The notes under the pieces: model-generated
The model's database searches: none
Seen by the model: only the letters and a program-made list of their open reading frames with translations
Told to the model about the DNA's origin: nothing
Position numbers and translations under genes: made by a program
Assembly: GCA_037133435.1 (NCBI GenBank)
Contig: JBAXOD010000002.1
Coordinates: forward strand, 23,545 to 87,544
Reading direction: 5' to 3'
Origin: Candidatus Moraniibacteriota bacterium
Lineage (GTDB): Bacteria > Patescibacteriota > Minisyncoccia > Moranbacterales > UBA1568
Length of the DNA stretch: 64,000 nt
Shown: positions 24,372-35,026 of the stretch, piece by piece
Layout: each line of letters begins with the position of its first letter
How positions within the stretch are numbered: the stretch's first letter is position 1

Positions 24372-26650
24372 AACACCGTTTCGGAAAAATTCCGACGACA
24401 CCGCGAGAAAGGATCTTCTCGTACCTGTTCCTGGTATGGATGGTCTTTTTCTTCGTCTTGCATACTGCGAACACGTGGCAACTCACCGAGAACAGCTTCA
24501 TCCCGGCGTACCTGATCGCTTTGGCGCTTTCTTCCCTTTTGGGACTAGTCATTCTCATCGCCTACCGGCTCTTCATCGTCTTACACGGAAATAGCGACGT
24601 ATCGATAGGAATCCCTGCCCTTTCCATAGCGATCATAGTCATCGTCATGACCGTCTTCAACATCGACCGGATCGTCTCCATGGACCCGACCGGACTCAGC
24701 GCCATTCCCGGTTTCGCCCTCGACTTCCTGAAATCGGTCTCGGTCGTCACATTGTTTCTCCTCTCCGCGTATCTTGTCGGCGATGCGCTCCTGGAATATT
24801 TCATGCCCCGCGTGTTCGGCAAAGGGGAAGGCGGTCCGATATCCGTCGCGATCGGAGTCGGAGTCTCCGGGTACTTTATCCTCCTCATCGATTTGTTCGG
24901 CATCGCCTACCCCTTGACCGTCTTCTTGTCCGCGATCGCTATCATTACCCTGTTCCGGAAGCGAGCAAAAGAACTCCTCAATTCCTTCATGACCAAGAAG
25001 TTGATCATCAAACCGGGATTACGGACCGAGAACGTCATAGCCGTTATCCTTATCATGCTGACGTTTCTCTCCTTTTTCCTGTCATACGCCGGCCTCGCCG
25101 TCGGAGGATGGGATACGTTCCATCAATATCTCGTCTTCCCGGAAACATACGCGAAATATCATACGCTCGTACCGTTCCCCTTCCATCCCCATTGGGGATT
25201 CCCCCAGCTGTCGGAAATGATATTCGAGGAAGGACTCCTCCTCGGCGACACACGGACGCCGTTTCTCCTCAACTTCGCGTTCATCACGCTCGGCTTCATC
25301 GGCTTTGCCGTAACCGCGAAAAAAATCGCCGGAAAATCCTTCGTATGGCCGCTCGCCGCATTCGCGTCGGTTCCCCTTCTGCTCCGGTTCTGGTCCGGAT
25401 ACCTGAAAGTCGAATCGATCCTCTTCCTGTTCGTCGCGGCGCTCTTCATGCTCCTTTGGAAGATCGCAAGACGGAAGGAGTCCAGCGACGGAAAATTCGG
25501 CCCGTGGGTACTCGTCGCCATCATGCTCGGACTGATGCTGTCCGTAAAATACACATCCTTCTTCATCGGTGCGGCATTGGCTGCCTCGCTTATTCTCTTC
25601 CACCGATCCTTCGACTTCGATTGGAAAAAGGCAGTCCTTGTCGCGGGCATCTCGATGATTTTCCTCTCCCCGTGGCTCATAAAAGACCAGCTCTATTATG
25701 GAAACCCACTCTACCCCGCGCTCCAGGGAAATGATCCTGTTTCGGAAAAGCTGGGAACAAACTGTCAGGCTTCTTTTATACAGATCTGTAACGAGGACAA
25801 TTTTGTGAACCGTCGCCCGGAAATGTTTCAAAAAGATTCCGTTCATCTTTCAAGTGCCTTCCTCACGACGCGACCGTTCATAATGGGAGACGGTTCTGAT
25901 ATCACTTCGACCGGACCGTTCTTCATGCTCTTCCTACCGCTTTTATGGTGGCTTCTTTTCCGAACCAAAGATCCATTTCTCCGCTTCCTCATATCATTCT
26001 CGGCGATATTCCTCGCGCTTGGCGTCTATTTCTTCACCGGACAGACCTGGTATCTTCTGCCGATGATGTTCCCTTTCATGCTCGCGCTCGCCTACGCGTG
26101 GAAAGAGTCGGAAGGAACCATCATCAATGCCATGAGCCGTTCCCTCATATTCCTGTGGATTTTCTTCCTTCTCACGGTCAACATATTCAGTTCAGGAACC
26201 GTGGAACTGGCCAAATATGCCAGAAGCGGATCAGGTCTCGGATACGCGCTGCAGGAAATCGGGAAAATATGTGGCGACCAGAGACGCCGCGACGCATATC
26301 TGGCATGGCAGGATGTGAATGATCTCATCTCCAAGCGCGACGGTGAAAGCACAGTCGTCTACGGGTTCATGGACCCTCAGGGATATTTCATCAAGGACTC
26401 TTTCCGTCATTTCATTCCGGACTTCTTCGGATACCTCTATACCTGCATATCGAAAAACGGCGACATCGGAGACGGGCTGAAGAAACTCGGTGTGACGCAC
26501 GTCCTGTTCGATGCGGCCGCACCGTCCGGCTGTCTTCAAAACGACGTGTTCCTCACCTGTCGCGCCTACTTCGGTTTCCGGGATTTCATCTCGACGCACG
26601 GCACACTTGTGAAAAAGGAGGGGTCGTTCGAACTGTATTCGATAGAATAG
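24368..26650 (+). CDS. Large polytopic membrane protein, putative GT-C-type glycosyl (galactofuranosyl/arabinosyl) transferase
   Basis: 760 aa, >14 TM, ATGA overlap with glf-like gene; assignment by context only. Confidence 0.35.
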   Translation: MKHRFGKIPTTPRERIFSYLFLVWMVFFFVLHTANTWQLTENSFIPAYLIALALSSLLGLVILIAYRLFIVLHGNSDVSIGIPALSIAIIVIVMTVFNIDRIVSMDPTGLSAIPGFALDFLKSVSVVTLFLLSAYLVGDALLEYFMPRVFGKGEGGPISVAIGVGVSGYFILLIDLFGIAYPLTVFLSAIAIITLFRKRAKELLNSFMTKKLIIKPGLRTENVIAVILIMLTFLSFFLSYAGLAVGGWDTFHQYLVFPETYAKYHTLVPFPFHPHWGFPQLSEMIFEEGLLLGDTRTPFLLNFAFITLGFIGFAVTAKKIAGKSFVWPLAAFASVPLLLRFWSGYLKVESILFLFVAALFMLLWKIARRKESSDGKFGPWVLVAIMLGLMLSVKYTSFFIGAALAASLILFHRSFDFDWKKAVLVAGISMIFLSPWLIKDQLYYGNPLYPALQGNDPVSEKLGTNCQASFIQICNEDNFVNRRPEMFQKDSVHLSSAFLTTRPFIMGDGSDITSTGPFFMLFLPLLWWLLFRTKDPFLRFLISFSAIFLALGVYFFTGQTWYLLPMMFPFMLALAYAWKESEGTIINAMSRSLIFLWIFFLLTVNIFSSGTVELAKYARSGSGLGYALQEIGKICGDQRRRDAYLAWQDVNDLISKRDGESTVVYGFMDPQGYFIKDSFRHFIPDFFGYLYTCISKNGDIGDGLKKLGVTHVLFDAAAPSGCLQNDVFLTCRAYFGFRDFISTHGTLVKKEGSFELYSIE

Positions 26651-26830
26651 CTACGGCCGTACACATCAGATGCAGCGCTGACATCCGGCTCCGACATAAA
26701 AATGAAAGGTGCTGTGAGCAACGCCACAGCATTTTTTCGGATGAATCGGACTTCCCAGCGAACCGTTTTCATGCTATACTGGATGAGTAATTGGCTGCAT
26801 AAAGCCGAAATAAATAGTAAGACAGATCAT

Positions 26831-27628
26831 ATGTCCGCAAAGAAGATAAGCGAGCTGTTCGATTTCACGGGAAAGACGGTCGTCGTCACCGGTGGCGCCA
26901 ACGGTATCGGCTACGGCATCGCGCGACGATTCGCGGAAGCGGGTGCGAACGTGGTCATTTCGGATATCAACGAGGAGGTCGGCGTCGCCAAGGCCGAGTC
27001 GCTCGGTGCGGAATTCGGTGGCAAGACCCTGTTCGTGAAGACCGATGTCTCTTCGGAAGAAGACGTGAAGGCGCTCGTCGCCAAGACGAAAGAAACGTTC
27101 GGCAGCCTCGATGTCATGGTGAACAACGCGGGTATCTTCCCCACCTCGCCGGTCCTCGATATGGAAGTCGGTTTCTGGGACAAGGTGCAGGCCGTGAACG
27201 GTCGCGGCGTGTTCCTCGGTTGCCGTGAAGCCGCCAAGGTCATGATCGGACAGGGCGGCGGCTCAATCATCAACATCGCCTCGATCGACGCCTTGCATCC
27301 GAGCATGGTGGGACTCGCGGCCTATGACGCATCCAAGCACGGCGTCTGGGGCTTTACCAAGAACTTCGCGCTCGAGCTCGCTCCGCACAAGATCCGCGTG
27401 AACGCGATCGCTCCCGGGGGCGTGGCCACCGAAGGCGTCGCCGCCATGAGCTCAGGCGTGCCGGCCATGACGGACGAACAGATGAAGGCCTTCCTCAACG
27501 CCATCCCGATGGGACGTTATGCGGAGCCCGACGAGATGGCGACGGTCGCCCTCTTCCTCGCGAGCGACGCGGCGAACTATATGACCGGATCGATCGTCGT
27601 CGCCGACGGCGGCTCGCTCATCGCGTAA
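26831..27628 (+). CDS. SDR family NAD(P)-dependent oxidoreductase
   Basis: TGGANGIGYGIARRFAEAGANVVISD cofactor motif, NNAG, YxxxK (YDASKHGV). Confidence 0.8.
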   Translation: MSAKKISELFDFTGKTVVVTGGANGIGYGIARRFAEAGANVVISDINEEVGVAKAESLGAEFGGKTLFVKTDVSSEEDVKALVAKTKETFGSLDVMVNNAGIFPTSPVLDMEVGFWDKVQAVNGRGVFLGCREAAKVMIGQGGGSIINIASIDALHPSMVGLAAYDASKHGVWGFTKNFALELAPHKIRVNAIAPGGVATEGVAAMSSGVPAMTDEQMKAFLNAIPMGRYAEPDEMATVALFLASDAANYMTGSIVVADGGSLIA

Positions 27629-27650
27629 GGTCGGGGCAAAAAAGCATACT

Positions 27651-27686
27651 GCCGGACCGGATCGTTTCCGGTCCGGTTTCGTTTTG
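27651..27686 (+). terminator. Rho-independent terminator after SDR gene
   Basis: gccggaccggatcgtttccggtccggtttcgttttg. Confidence 0.6.
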
Positions 27687-27961
27687 CGTTGACGTTCGTT
27701 TCACGGCATCTTGCCTGAAAATGAAAACGGATTATACTCTACGAGGTATACCCATACATAATCATTGACCGAAAGGATCGGAAACCGGGATATCCCTACT
27801 TGTTGAAAAGTCCCTCACAGAAATGTCATTCCGGCCTACGAGCCGGAATCTATGCCTTGGATCCCGGGTCAGGCCCGGGATGACAGCGTATTGTATATAT
27901 GCATTCTTGTTGTGTTTTCTTCAAAGTGCGGCATTCCACCTTTCCGAAAGAACCTACCGAT

Positions 27962-28987
27962 ATGGAAAACAAGAAAAAGATGCTCATAGAGCTCAATCGG
28001 AAGCATTCCGACATGTTCATGAGTCAGCGTCTGGAACGCGATCTGTATCTCGCGAATCACCCGACCAAGATCATCGCGTTCAAATGCATGGACGGACGTG
28101 TCCATATGCCGACCGTCACCCACACCCCGCTCGGCGTCATGCGCCCCTACCGGAATATCGGCGGCAAATTCGACCTCGGCTGGCCGCTTCTGAACGAATC
28201 GTTCGACCGGAGCGTCACGCGCGCGGTCACAAAGGGAAACCGTGTTCTGGTTCTCGTCACCTATCATTTTTCCGCGGGCGATACGCACCGTGGATGCGCC
28301 GGCTTCAAGTACGACTGCGAAGAATCAAAGCGTTCGACGGAACAGTTCCGCAAACAGATTCTGCGCGTCTACGGCGAGAACAACGGGGTCGTGTTCCCTA
28401 TCCTCGTCGGACTCGAGACGGACAAGGACGCGCTCATCTTTCACGGGGAACAGGGCGACATCATCGACGTCTCGACGATCACGGACGGGTCCGAGGACAA
28501 CCTGCACCAACTGTTCCGCGCGCTCTACCCCTCGATGCCCGATCGCATCCTCGCCGACCTCATTCCGCTCGTTTCCGGAAACCTGGCGCACGTGAACGAG
28601 ACGAAAAGCGGCAAGCCGGTGGAGGACCTCGTCCACGGCGAATGGATACTGGCGATCGGCAAGGGCTTCGACTGGCTGCATACCCCGAACATGGCGCTCA
28701 TCGTCGGGCCGTACGACCCGAACCTCGGCGAACCGATCACGACCGCGGCCGGCATCATCCGGTCCAACGTGAATGCGGGAAGGGCGGCCGGAGGATTCGT
28801 ACTGCTGTCGTCGGCCGTCTATGCCGACCCCGCGGAACGGAACCGGACGAAGGAACGCTCCCTCTACCTGAACCGGCTCTCCCAGGACATCATCCGGAAA
28901 AATTATCCGGAAATCGCGGATCTGATGCATTCGATGGCCGTCATCATGGACTCCGAAACGATGCGTATGGAATTGGTCGACGAATAG
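27962..28987 (+). CDS. Divergent beta-class carbonic anhydrase-like protein with ~150-aa C-terminal extension (paralog 1)
   Basis: CMDGR (CxDxR), RNIGG (cf. RNAGN), VLVLVTYHFSAGDTHRGCAG (HxxCxG) in beta-CA spacing; start MENKKKMLIEL. Confidence 0.45.
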   Translation: MENKKKMLIELNRKHSDMFMSQRLERDLYLANHPTKIIAFKCMDGRVHMPTVTHTPLGVMRPYRNIGGKFDLGWPLLNESFDRSVTRAVTKGNRVLVLVTYHFSAGDTHRGCAGFKYDCEESKRSTEQFRKQILRVYGENNGVVFPILVGLETDKDALIFHGEQGDIIDVSTITDGSEDNLHQLFRALYPSMPDRILADLIPLVSGNLAHVNETKSGKPVEDLVHGEWILAIGKGFDWLHTPNMALIVGPYDPNLGEPITTAAGIIRSNVNAGRAAGGFVLLSSAVYADPAERNRTKERSLYLNRLSQDIIRKNYPEIADLMHSMAVIMDSETMRMELVDE

Positions 28988-29025
28988 CGTTCGAGTCCCT
29001 TGACACGGAACTCCCGAAGGAGTAC

Positions 29026-29059
29026 AAAAACAGGTAGCACAAGCCTGTTTTTGTTTTTT
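29026..29059 (+). terminator. Rho-independent terminator
   Basis: aaaaacaggtagcacaagcctgtttttgtttttt. Confidence 0.55.
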
Positions 29060-29097
29060 AAAAATCAGTAAACCACACGGCTCGGGAGGGCTGTCAT

Positions 29098-30183
29098 ATG
29101 TTTTGGGAAGGAGAAAAATATCCATGGGGCGACATGACGAATGAAGCAAGAATTAATCTGCTTCATTCGGAGGTTTTCCAAAAATACTCGGAAGAATACG
29201 TGAGCCATGAACCGACACGGAAAATGATACGGGAGAAGTATAATATCGCCGTTACATTCGTATTTTGTAGCGATCCGAGACTTCGCGACATTTTTTTCAA
29301 TCTCGTTCCGGGAGAATCCTGGTATAAACGAGGTATCGGAAGCATCGTGAACGATGCGGATCCTTTGTTCCGGGCTACATTCTCACGACTGCTCGACAAA
29401 CACGAAGTGAGACATTTGGATCACTTATATATCCAGACGTATCACTTCTCCAAAAGCGACGGTCAAAAATGCTGTGCTGGCCAGAAATATGATGCTGACA
29501 AAGCAAGGCTTTCGGGAGAATTCGAAACGGAAACGGCGCGAAGAATCTATCGCTTCAAAAGGTTCGTCTATCCGATCCTAATCGGAATCGAAACCGATCT
29601 TGGTGAAGCGATCATTCACGGGTACGACGGTTCGATGCTCAGAAGCTCGGAAATCGGATCAATGTCAGACGATGCGATCTATACTCGTCTTTATACCATG
29701 TTTCGGGATACGACGTTCAACAAGTCTTTACCGGAGAAACTAAAATACTATATCCTGGAGCGACTCATCAAAGGAAATGTGCGTTACATTTCGGAAGATC
29801 ATACCGAAACGAATGAAGTCCTGCAAAGACAACATCAGTTCGTACTCGGTATGGGAACGGGACTCTTCGCGTTTCCGGCTGGGCGTGTTCTCATCATCCC
29901 GCCGTTTCCCCTCGATAAGAAACTGGAGCTCATCAAAGGAGCTCGGTTGATCAGAAAAGTTTTCGATGCCGGTCGAATTAAGCACGAAAACGGATTCATC
30001 CTTTCGACCTCAACCATGTTCGACAATCCGGATGACTGGCCATGGGCAGCCGAAGAAACGCTTCGCTTCGCACGATTCGTGGATAAGACCATCAAAAAAG
30101 GAGCGAAAGATCTATATGAAAGAATGACGGTATTGCCGGTTATCATGAACCGTATCGACCGCATGACCACGATTATCGATTAG
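29098..30183 (+). CDS. Beta-carbonic-anhydrase-like paralog 2 (CSDPR retained, Zn-ligand His replaced: SDGQKCCAG)
   Basis: Collinear with paralog 1 (TYHFS, PILIGIETD, C-terminal domain); His of HxxC absent. Confidence 0.4.
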   Translation: MFWEGEKYPWGDMTNEARINLLHSEVFQKYSEEYVSHEPTRKMIREKYNIAVTFVFCSDPRLRDIFFNLVPGESWYKRGIGSIVNDADPLFRATFSRLLDKHEVRHLDHLYIQTYHFSKSDGQKCCAGQKYDADKARLSGEFETETARRIYRFKRFVYPILIGIETDLGEAIIHGYDGSMLRSSEIGSMSDDAIYTRLYTMFRDTTFNKSLPEKLKYYILERLIKGNVRYISEDHTETNEVLQRQHQFVLGMGTGLFAFPAGRVLIIPPFPLDKKLELIKGARLIRKVFDAGRIKHENGFILSTSTMFDNPDDWPWAAEETLRFARFVDKTIKKGAKDLYERMTVLPVIMNRIDRMTTIID

Positions 30184-30195
30184 ACCTTATCAACC

Positions 30196-30225
30196 GAAAG
30201 GGAACCAATGGTTCCCTTTCTTCTT
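30196..30225 (+). terminator. Rho-independent terminator
   Basis: gaaagggaaccaatggttccctttcttctt. Confidence 0.6.
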
Positions 30226-30292
30226 ATATCAGTCACTTTTCCTTTACAGCGGGCGTTTCGCGTGCTAGGCTTGGAATGCCTATTTTTCCCAT

Positions 30293-30865
30293 ATGGAAGG
30301 ACTGTTTTCCCCCTCATCCGCCGTTTTGTTCGCGCTCGGCGCCGCAGGGTTCGCCGTTTTTTCATTCGCGCTGTCGCTGTCGCTCTTCCTGCGGATCCGC
30401 CGGATGAAACGCGACCTCTCATCCTTCCTTTCCGGCAAGGACGGCAAGGATCTCGAAGAGCTCGTCCTCGGACAGGGAAAGGAGATCACGGCGATCAATG
30501 GCGAAATCAAGAATCTCTACGATGCCGCCGAGGAGCTCTATCTGCTCGGTCAGGAAAGCATCCATCGGACCGAGGTCGTCCGTTTCAATCCTTTCAAGGA
30601 AGTCGGCGGCAACCAGAGCTTCGTCATCGCGTTCCTCAACGGTCGCAACACCGGATTCGTCCTCTCCTCGCTCCACACGCGCGAAGGGACACGGGTCTAC
30701 GCGAAACCCGTGGTGAGCGGTGCCGAGACCGAGGGACATCCTCTCTCGAAGGAAGAAAAGTACGCCATCGGACTGGCCGCCAAGAAACGTATCGGCAAGG
30801 AGTCGACCGAACAGTCGGGGAAGAAACCGCTTCCGTCTAACAAAGCACTGAATACGACCGTATGA
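30293..30865 (+). CDS. N-terminally membrane-anchored protein, DUF4446-like
   Basis: [26 protein letters not shown]; [31 protein letters not shown] resembles DUF4446 core; overlaps infB start by 4 nt. Confidence 0.4.
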   Translation: MEGLFSPSSAVLFALGAAGFAVFSFALSLSLFLRIRRMKRDLSSFLSGKDGKDLEELVLGQGKEITAINGEIKNLYDAAEELYLLGQESIHRTEVVRFNPFKEVGGNQSFVIAFLNGRNTGFVLSSLHTREGTRVYAKPVVSGAETEGHPLSKEEKYAIGLAAKKRIGKESTEQSGKKPLPSNKALNTTV

Positions 30866-32640
30866 ACGAGAACGAATCGGAAACCGTACCGAAAGTGGCC
30901 ATTCCGCCGACCATCACCGTGAAGGCGTTTTCCGATACCCTCGGACTGCCCGTCGCGCAGGTAATGACGGAACTCATGAAAAACGGCATCTTCGCGACCA
31001 TCAACGAGGAGATCGATTTCGATACCGCGAGCATCATCGCGACCGACCTCGGCATGGAGGCGGTCCCGGCCATCGAATCCGGCGATGCTGATAAGCCGCT
31101 CTCGCTCGAGGACATGCTTGACATCTGCGCGAAAGAAAAGAACTCGGACAAGCGCCTCGAGCCACGCGCACCGATCGTCACGATTCTCGGACATGTCGAC
31201 CACGGCAAGACCACGCTCCTCGACACGATCCGCAAGGCGAGCGTCGCGACCGGGGAAGCGGGTGGCATCACACAACATCTCGGCACCTATCAGGTCAAGA
31301 AGCGCGGCAAACTCATCACGTTCATCGACACCCCCGGACACGAGGCGTTTTCCGCGATGCGCAAGCGCGGCGTCTCTATCGCCGACATCGCCATCCTCGT
31401 CGTCGCGGCCGATGACGGCGTCCAGAAGCAGACCAAGGAAGTCATCACGTACCTCAAGGAGCGCGGACTCCCCATCATCGTGGCCATCAACAAGATCGAC
31501 AAGCCGGACGCGAATATCATGCGCATCAAGCAGGATCTTGCCGAGAATGACATCCTCATCGAAGAATGGGGCGGGAAAATCCTGTGCTCCGAGATCAGCG
31601 CGAAACAGAACGTCGGCATCGATTCACTGCTCGAAAACATCCTCCTCGTCAACGAGGTGGAAGAATTTTCCGCCGACGCGAAGCGCAGCGGACTCGCGGT
31701 CATCCTCGAATCGCACCTCGACAAGCAGAAGGGCCCAGTCGCCACGAGCCTGGTCCGGACCGGCACCCTCAAGGTCGGTCAGGACGTGATCGCCGGATCG
31801 GTCTTCGGCCGTATCCGTCATATGGAAAACTACGCCGGCAAGACCGTCGAATCCGCCGGTCCCTCGACGCCGGTCATCATCTACGGCTTCAGCGATACTC
31901 CGAAGGTGAACGACGTCGTTTCGGTCGCCAGCGGCAAGGCATCGGCACGGGTCCGTTCCGAACGGGCCCAGACGACCGCTAAGACCCTTATCAGGGCCAA
32001 ATCCGAGGAAGAAGGTGTCGAAGGTCCGAAGCGGCTTTCCTTCGTCCTCAAGGCGGATGTGGAAGGCTCGCTCGAGGCGATCGAACAGATTCTCGGTACC
32101 ATCGTCCACGACGAAGTCGCGCTCGAGGAGATTTCCTCCGGGGTCGGAGCCATCACCGAATCCGACGTGAAGATGGCGGAGAGCGCGGGGGCGGTCATCT
32201 TCGGATTCAACGTGGAACCGACCGCGGTCGCCCGACGCATGGCCGAAAAGAGCGGCACGGCGATCGAGAGCTTCGGAATCATTTATAAACTCGTCGACCG
32301 GGCGAAGGAGCGGCTGTCCGAGTTATTGCCGCCGGAAACGATACGCACCGATCTCGGCACCCTGTCCGTCCTCGCGGTCTTCAAGACCGGCAAACGCGAC
32401 CAGATCGTCGGCGGACGCGTCGGTAATGGAAAACTCTTCAAAGGTACGAAAGTCGACATCCGCCGCAAGGACGAGGTCGTCGGCACCGGTATCATCGTCA
32501 ATCTCCAGCAGAACAAACAGAACGTCGAGGAGGTCGGGCAGGGAAACGAATGTGGCGTCGTCTTCGAAGGCAATGCGAAAATCGCGGATGGGGATACGCT
32601 TCTCGTCTATCGCGAGGAAACGAAGCGCCGGACGCTCTAG
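30862..32640 (+). CDS. infB: Translation initiation factor IF-2 (short form)
   Basis: [12 protein letters not shown] (G1), DTPGHEAF (G3), NKID (G4), C-terminal beta-barrels; 592 aa. Confidence 0.9.
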   Translation: MNENESETVPKVAIPPTITVKAFSDTLGLPVAQVMTELMKNGIFATINEEIDFDTASIIATDLGMEAVPAIESGDADKPLSLEDMLDICAKEKNSDKRLEPRAPIVTILGHVDHGKTTLLDTIRKASVATGEAGGITQHLGTYQVKKRGKLITFIDTPGHEAFSAMRKRGVSIADIAILVVAADDGVQKQTKEVITYLKERGLPIIVAINKIDKPDANIMRIKQDLAENDILIEEWGGKILCSEISAKQNVGIDSLLENILLVNEVEEFSADAKRSGLAVILESHLDKQKGPVATSLVRTGTLKVGQDVIAGSVFGRIRHMENYAGKTVESAGPSTPVIIYGFSDTPKVNDVVSVASGKASARVRSERAQTTAKTLIRAKSEEEGVEGPKRLSFVLKADVEGSLEAIEQILGTIVHDEVALEEISSGVGAITESDVKMAESAGAVIFGFNVEPTAVARRMAEKSGTAIESFGIIYKLVDRAKERLSELLPPETIRTDLGTLSVLAVFKTGKRDQIVGGRVGNGKLFKGTKVDIRRKDEVVGTGIIVNLQQNKQNVEEVGQGNECGVVFEGNAKIADGDTLLVYREETKRRTL

Positions 32641-32645
32641 ACTTA

Positions 32646-32800
32646 GAGCCTATCCGTCAGGGTCTCCGTCACGAGCCGTACGAGCTTCGAGCGAAAAGGC
32701 GGGTAACTTGCGGAGCCCTATCGAGATAAGGCGACAAGGGGTACGCGCGTGTACGCCGAAGATCATAGGCGCAGGAGGTATGTTCCTAACGGATAGGCTC
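32646..32800 (+). mobile_element. 155-bp MITE-like element copy 3
   Basis: gagcctatccgtcagg...cctaacggataggctc immediately after infB stop. Confidence 0.65.
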
Positions 32801-33015
32801 TTACATATAAGCATACCACGATTGCTTCTCGGTCAATTTTGCATTTTTTTCTGACACATGCTATCTGCACCGTATAATCCGTGGTAAATTGTTAGTTGTA
32901 CGCTTCTTGTTCAATGCTTTCTTCCCGCTCGTCCTTGCAAGCGGGTCCGCGCACGGAGATGTCGCGGATTATCTGTTGTAGGTTATCAGTGGTAAGTCGT
33001 TAGTCTTGCTTTCCT

Positions 33016-34530
33016 ATGGATTCTTCCGTCATCCCCGCACCGGTCCTCTCCGTCCTCGATGCCCTGAAATATGCCGGGTATCAGGGGCAGATCGTCGGCG
33101 GATGCGCGCGCGACCTGTTTCTCGGACGCGAACCGAAGGACTGGGATATCACGACCGATGCGAAACCGGAGGAGACGCTTTCCGTCTTCCCGGACAGTTT
33201 CTATGAGAACGATTTCGGGACGGTCGGCGTAAAAGTCGAGCCGTTCCACAAGGAAGGCCGTCCGGACCGCGAACACGACGTGATAGAAGTGACGACCTAT
33301 CGGACCGAATCCGGCTATTCGGACATGCGTCGGCCTGATCAGGTCGAATTCGTCCTATCGCTGTCCGAAGACCTTTCCCGGCGCGATTTCACGATGAACG
33401 CGATCGCGCTTCAGGTCAACGATCCGTCCCCGTCGCATACGGACCGGACCATCGACGTCATCGATCCGTTCCATGGCCAGGAAGACATCAACCGAAAGAT
33501 CATCCGGACGGTCGGCAACGCCGAACAACGCTTCGGCGAGGATGCACTGCGCATGATGCGGGCGATACGTTTCTCCTCCGAACTGGGCTCACCGGCTACG
33601 GAAGAAAGCGGATGGACGATCGAGGAACCGACGCTTGCGGCGATAGGAAAACACTCGGAACTGATCGCTCACGTCTCGCAGGAACGCATCCGCGACGAAT
33701 TATCGCGGATTATCCTCTCGGAGCGTCCGGCTGAAGGGGTCGAGCTGCTCCGGAGTGTCGGGTTGCTGAGATATATCATTCCAGAACTCGAGGAAGGCGT
33801 GGGTATCGGACAAAACCTCCATCATGCCCTTACCGTATACGAGCACAATCTCGGTGCGCTGCGATACTGCCCGTCGCGCGTGCTCGAAGTCAGGCTTGCG
33901 GCGCTGCTGCACGATGTCGGCAAACCCCGATCGAAGCGCGGCGACGGCTACAAGTCGACGTTCTACAATCACGACCATATCGGGGCCCGGATGACCAAGG
34001 TGATACTCCAAAGGCTTCGCTACCCCGTGGCCGTCATCGACCGGGTCACCCTGCTCGTGGACAACCATCTCTTCTATTACAATGTTGGCGAAGTGACCGA
34101 AGCCTCGGTTCGTCGGCTCATCCGACGCGTCGGCCTCGGGAACATGCGCGATCTTATGTCCGTCCGGATCGCGGATCGGCTCGGGTCGGGCGTCCCCAAA
34201 GCCAAACCGTATAAGTTGCGTCACTTGGAATACATGATCGAGAAGGTCTCAAACGACCCGGTCTCCGTCAAAATGCTCAAGATAAACGGCACGGATCTCA
34301 TGAACGACCTCAAAATGACGCCCGGACCGAAGATCGGCGCCGTGCTCGATGTCCTCCTTTCCGAAGTGATCGAAGATCCGTCACGTAACATCCGCGAGTC
34401 ACTCCTGGTACGCGCGAAAGAACTCTTCGAAGAGGATCTTTCTTCCCTTCGCGACCGCGCGAAAGACGTCATCGAGGAAAAACGCGAACAAGACGATAAG
34501 GGAATCAAAAACCGTCACAAGGTGGCGTAG
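33016..34530 (+). CDS. cca: CCA-adding tRNA nucleotidyltransferase with HD domain
   Basis: GGCARDLFLGREPKDWDITTD Pol-beta NTase motif; LLHDVGKP HD motif; 504 aa. Confidence 0.85.
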   Translation: MDSSVIPAPVLSVLDALKYAGYQGQIVGGCARDLFLGREPKDWDITTDAKPEETLSVFPDSFYENDFGTVGVKVEPFHKEGRPDREHDVIEVTTYRTESGYSDMRRPDQVEFVLSLSEDLSRRDFTMNAIALQVNDPSPSHTDRTIDVIDPFHGQEDINRKIIRTVGNAEQRFGEDALRMMRAIRFSSELGSPATEESGWTIEEPTLAAIGKHSELIAHVSQERIRDELSRIILSERPAEGVELLRSVGLLRYIIPELEEGVGIGQNLHHALTVYEHNLGALRYCPSRVLEVRLAALLHDVGKPRSKRGDGYKSTFYNHDHIGARMTKVILQRLRYPVAVIDRVTLLVDNHLFYYNVGEVTEASVRRLIRRVGLGNMRDLMSVRIADRLGSGVPKAKPYKLRHLEYMIEKVSNDPVSVKMLKINGTDLMNDLKMTPGPKIGAVLDVLLSEVIEDPSRNIRESLLVRAKELFEEDLSSLRDRAKDVIEEKREQDDKGIKNRHKVA

Positions 34531-34817
34531 AAAAAGATCAGTGAACAGGTAACAGATAAACATATATCAGGAAACGGGGGGATACATCGAGAACCGGCTG
34601 ATACCAGAGGAGAACAGCACTCGATACTCAATCACCCTGTTCTCATCATGTATACATTCCTGCAAATGACCGACCATTCCCGGTTCCCTTGTTCCTAGTT
34701 CTCCGTTCCCTGTTAACTGCTTTCCGTTATCTGATCGCCCCTTTCCTTTTTCCGATAACCTGCTAGAATGGAACCTGTTGTGATAAAGACGGATATTTCC
34801 CGAAACTGAGGGAAAAA

Positions 34818-34888
34818 CGGAGTGTGGTATAGTGGTATTACGCACGATTCGGGTTCGTGTAATCCGGGTTCGATTCCCGGCACTCCGA
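34818..34888 (+). tRNA. tRNA-Pro (anticodon CGG)
   Basis: Acceptor CGGAGTG/CACTCCG, anticodon stem CACGA/TCGTG, loop TTCGGGT, T-arm CCGGG-TTCGATT-CCCGG. Confidence 0.75.
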
Positions 34889-35026
34889 CAAAATAGCACC
34901 GGAAATATACGGTTCTACGGGTTTACGAAGTATCCGGCGCATGCCGGACGATTATAGATTTCTATCCGGCTACCTCATATCCACGCGACAAGCATACCGT
35001 GGTTTCCCGGTACTCCGACGAATCAG

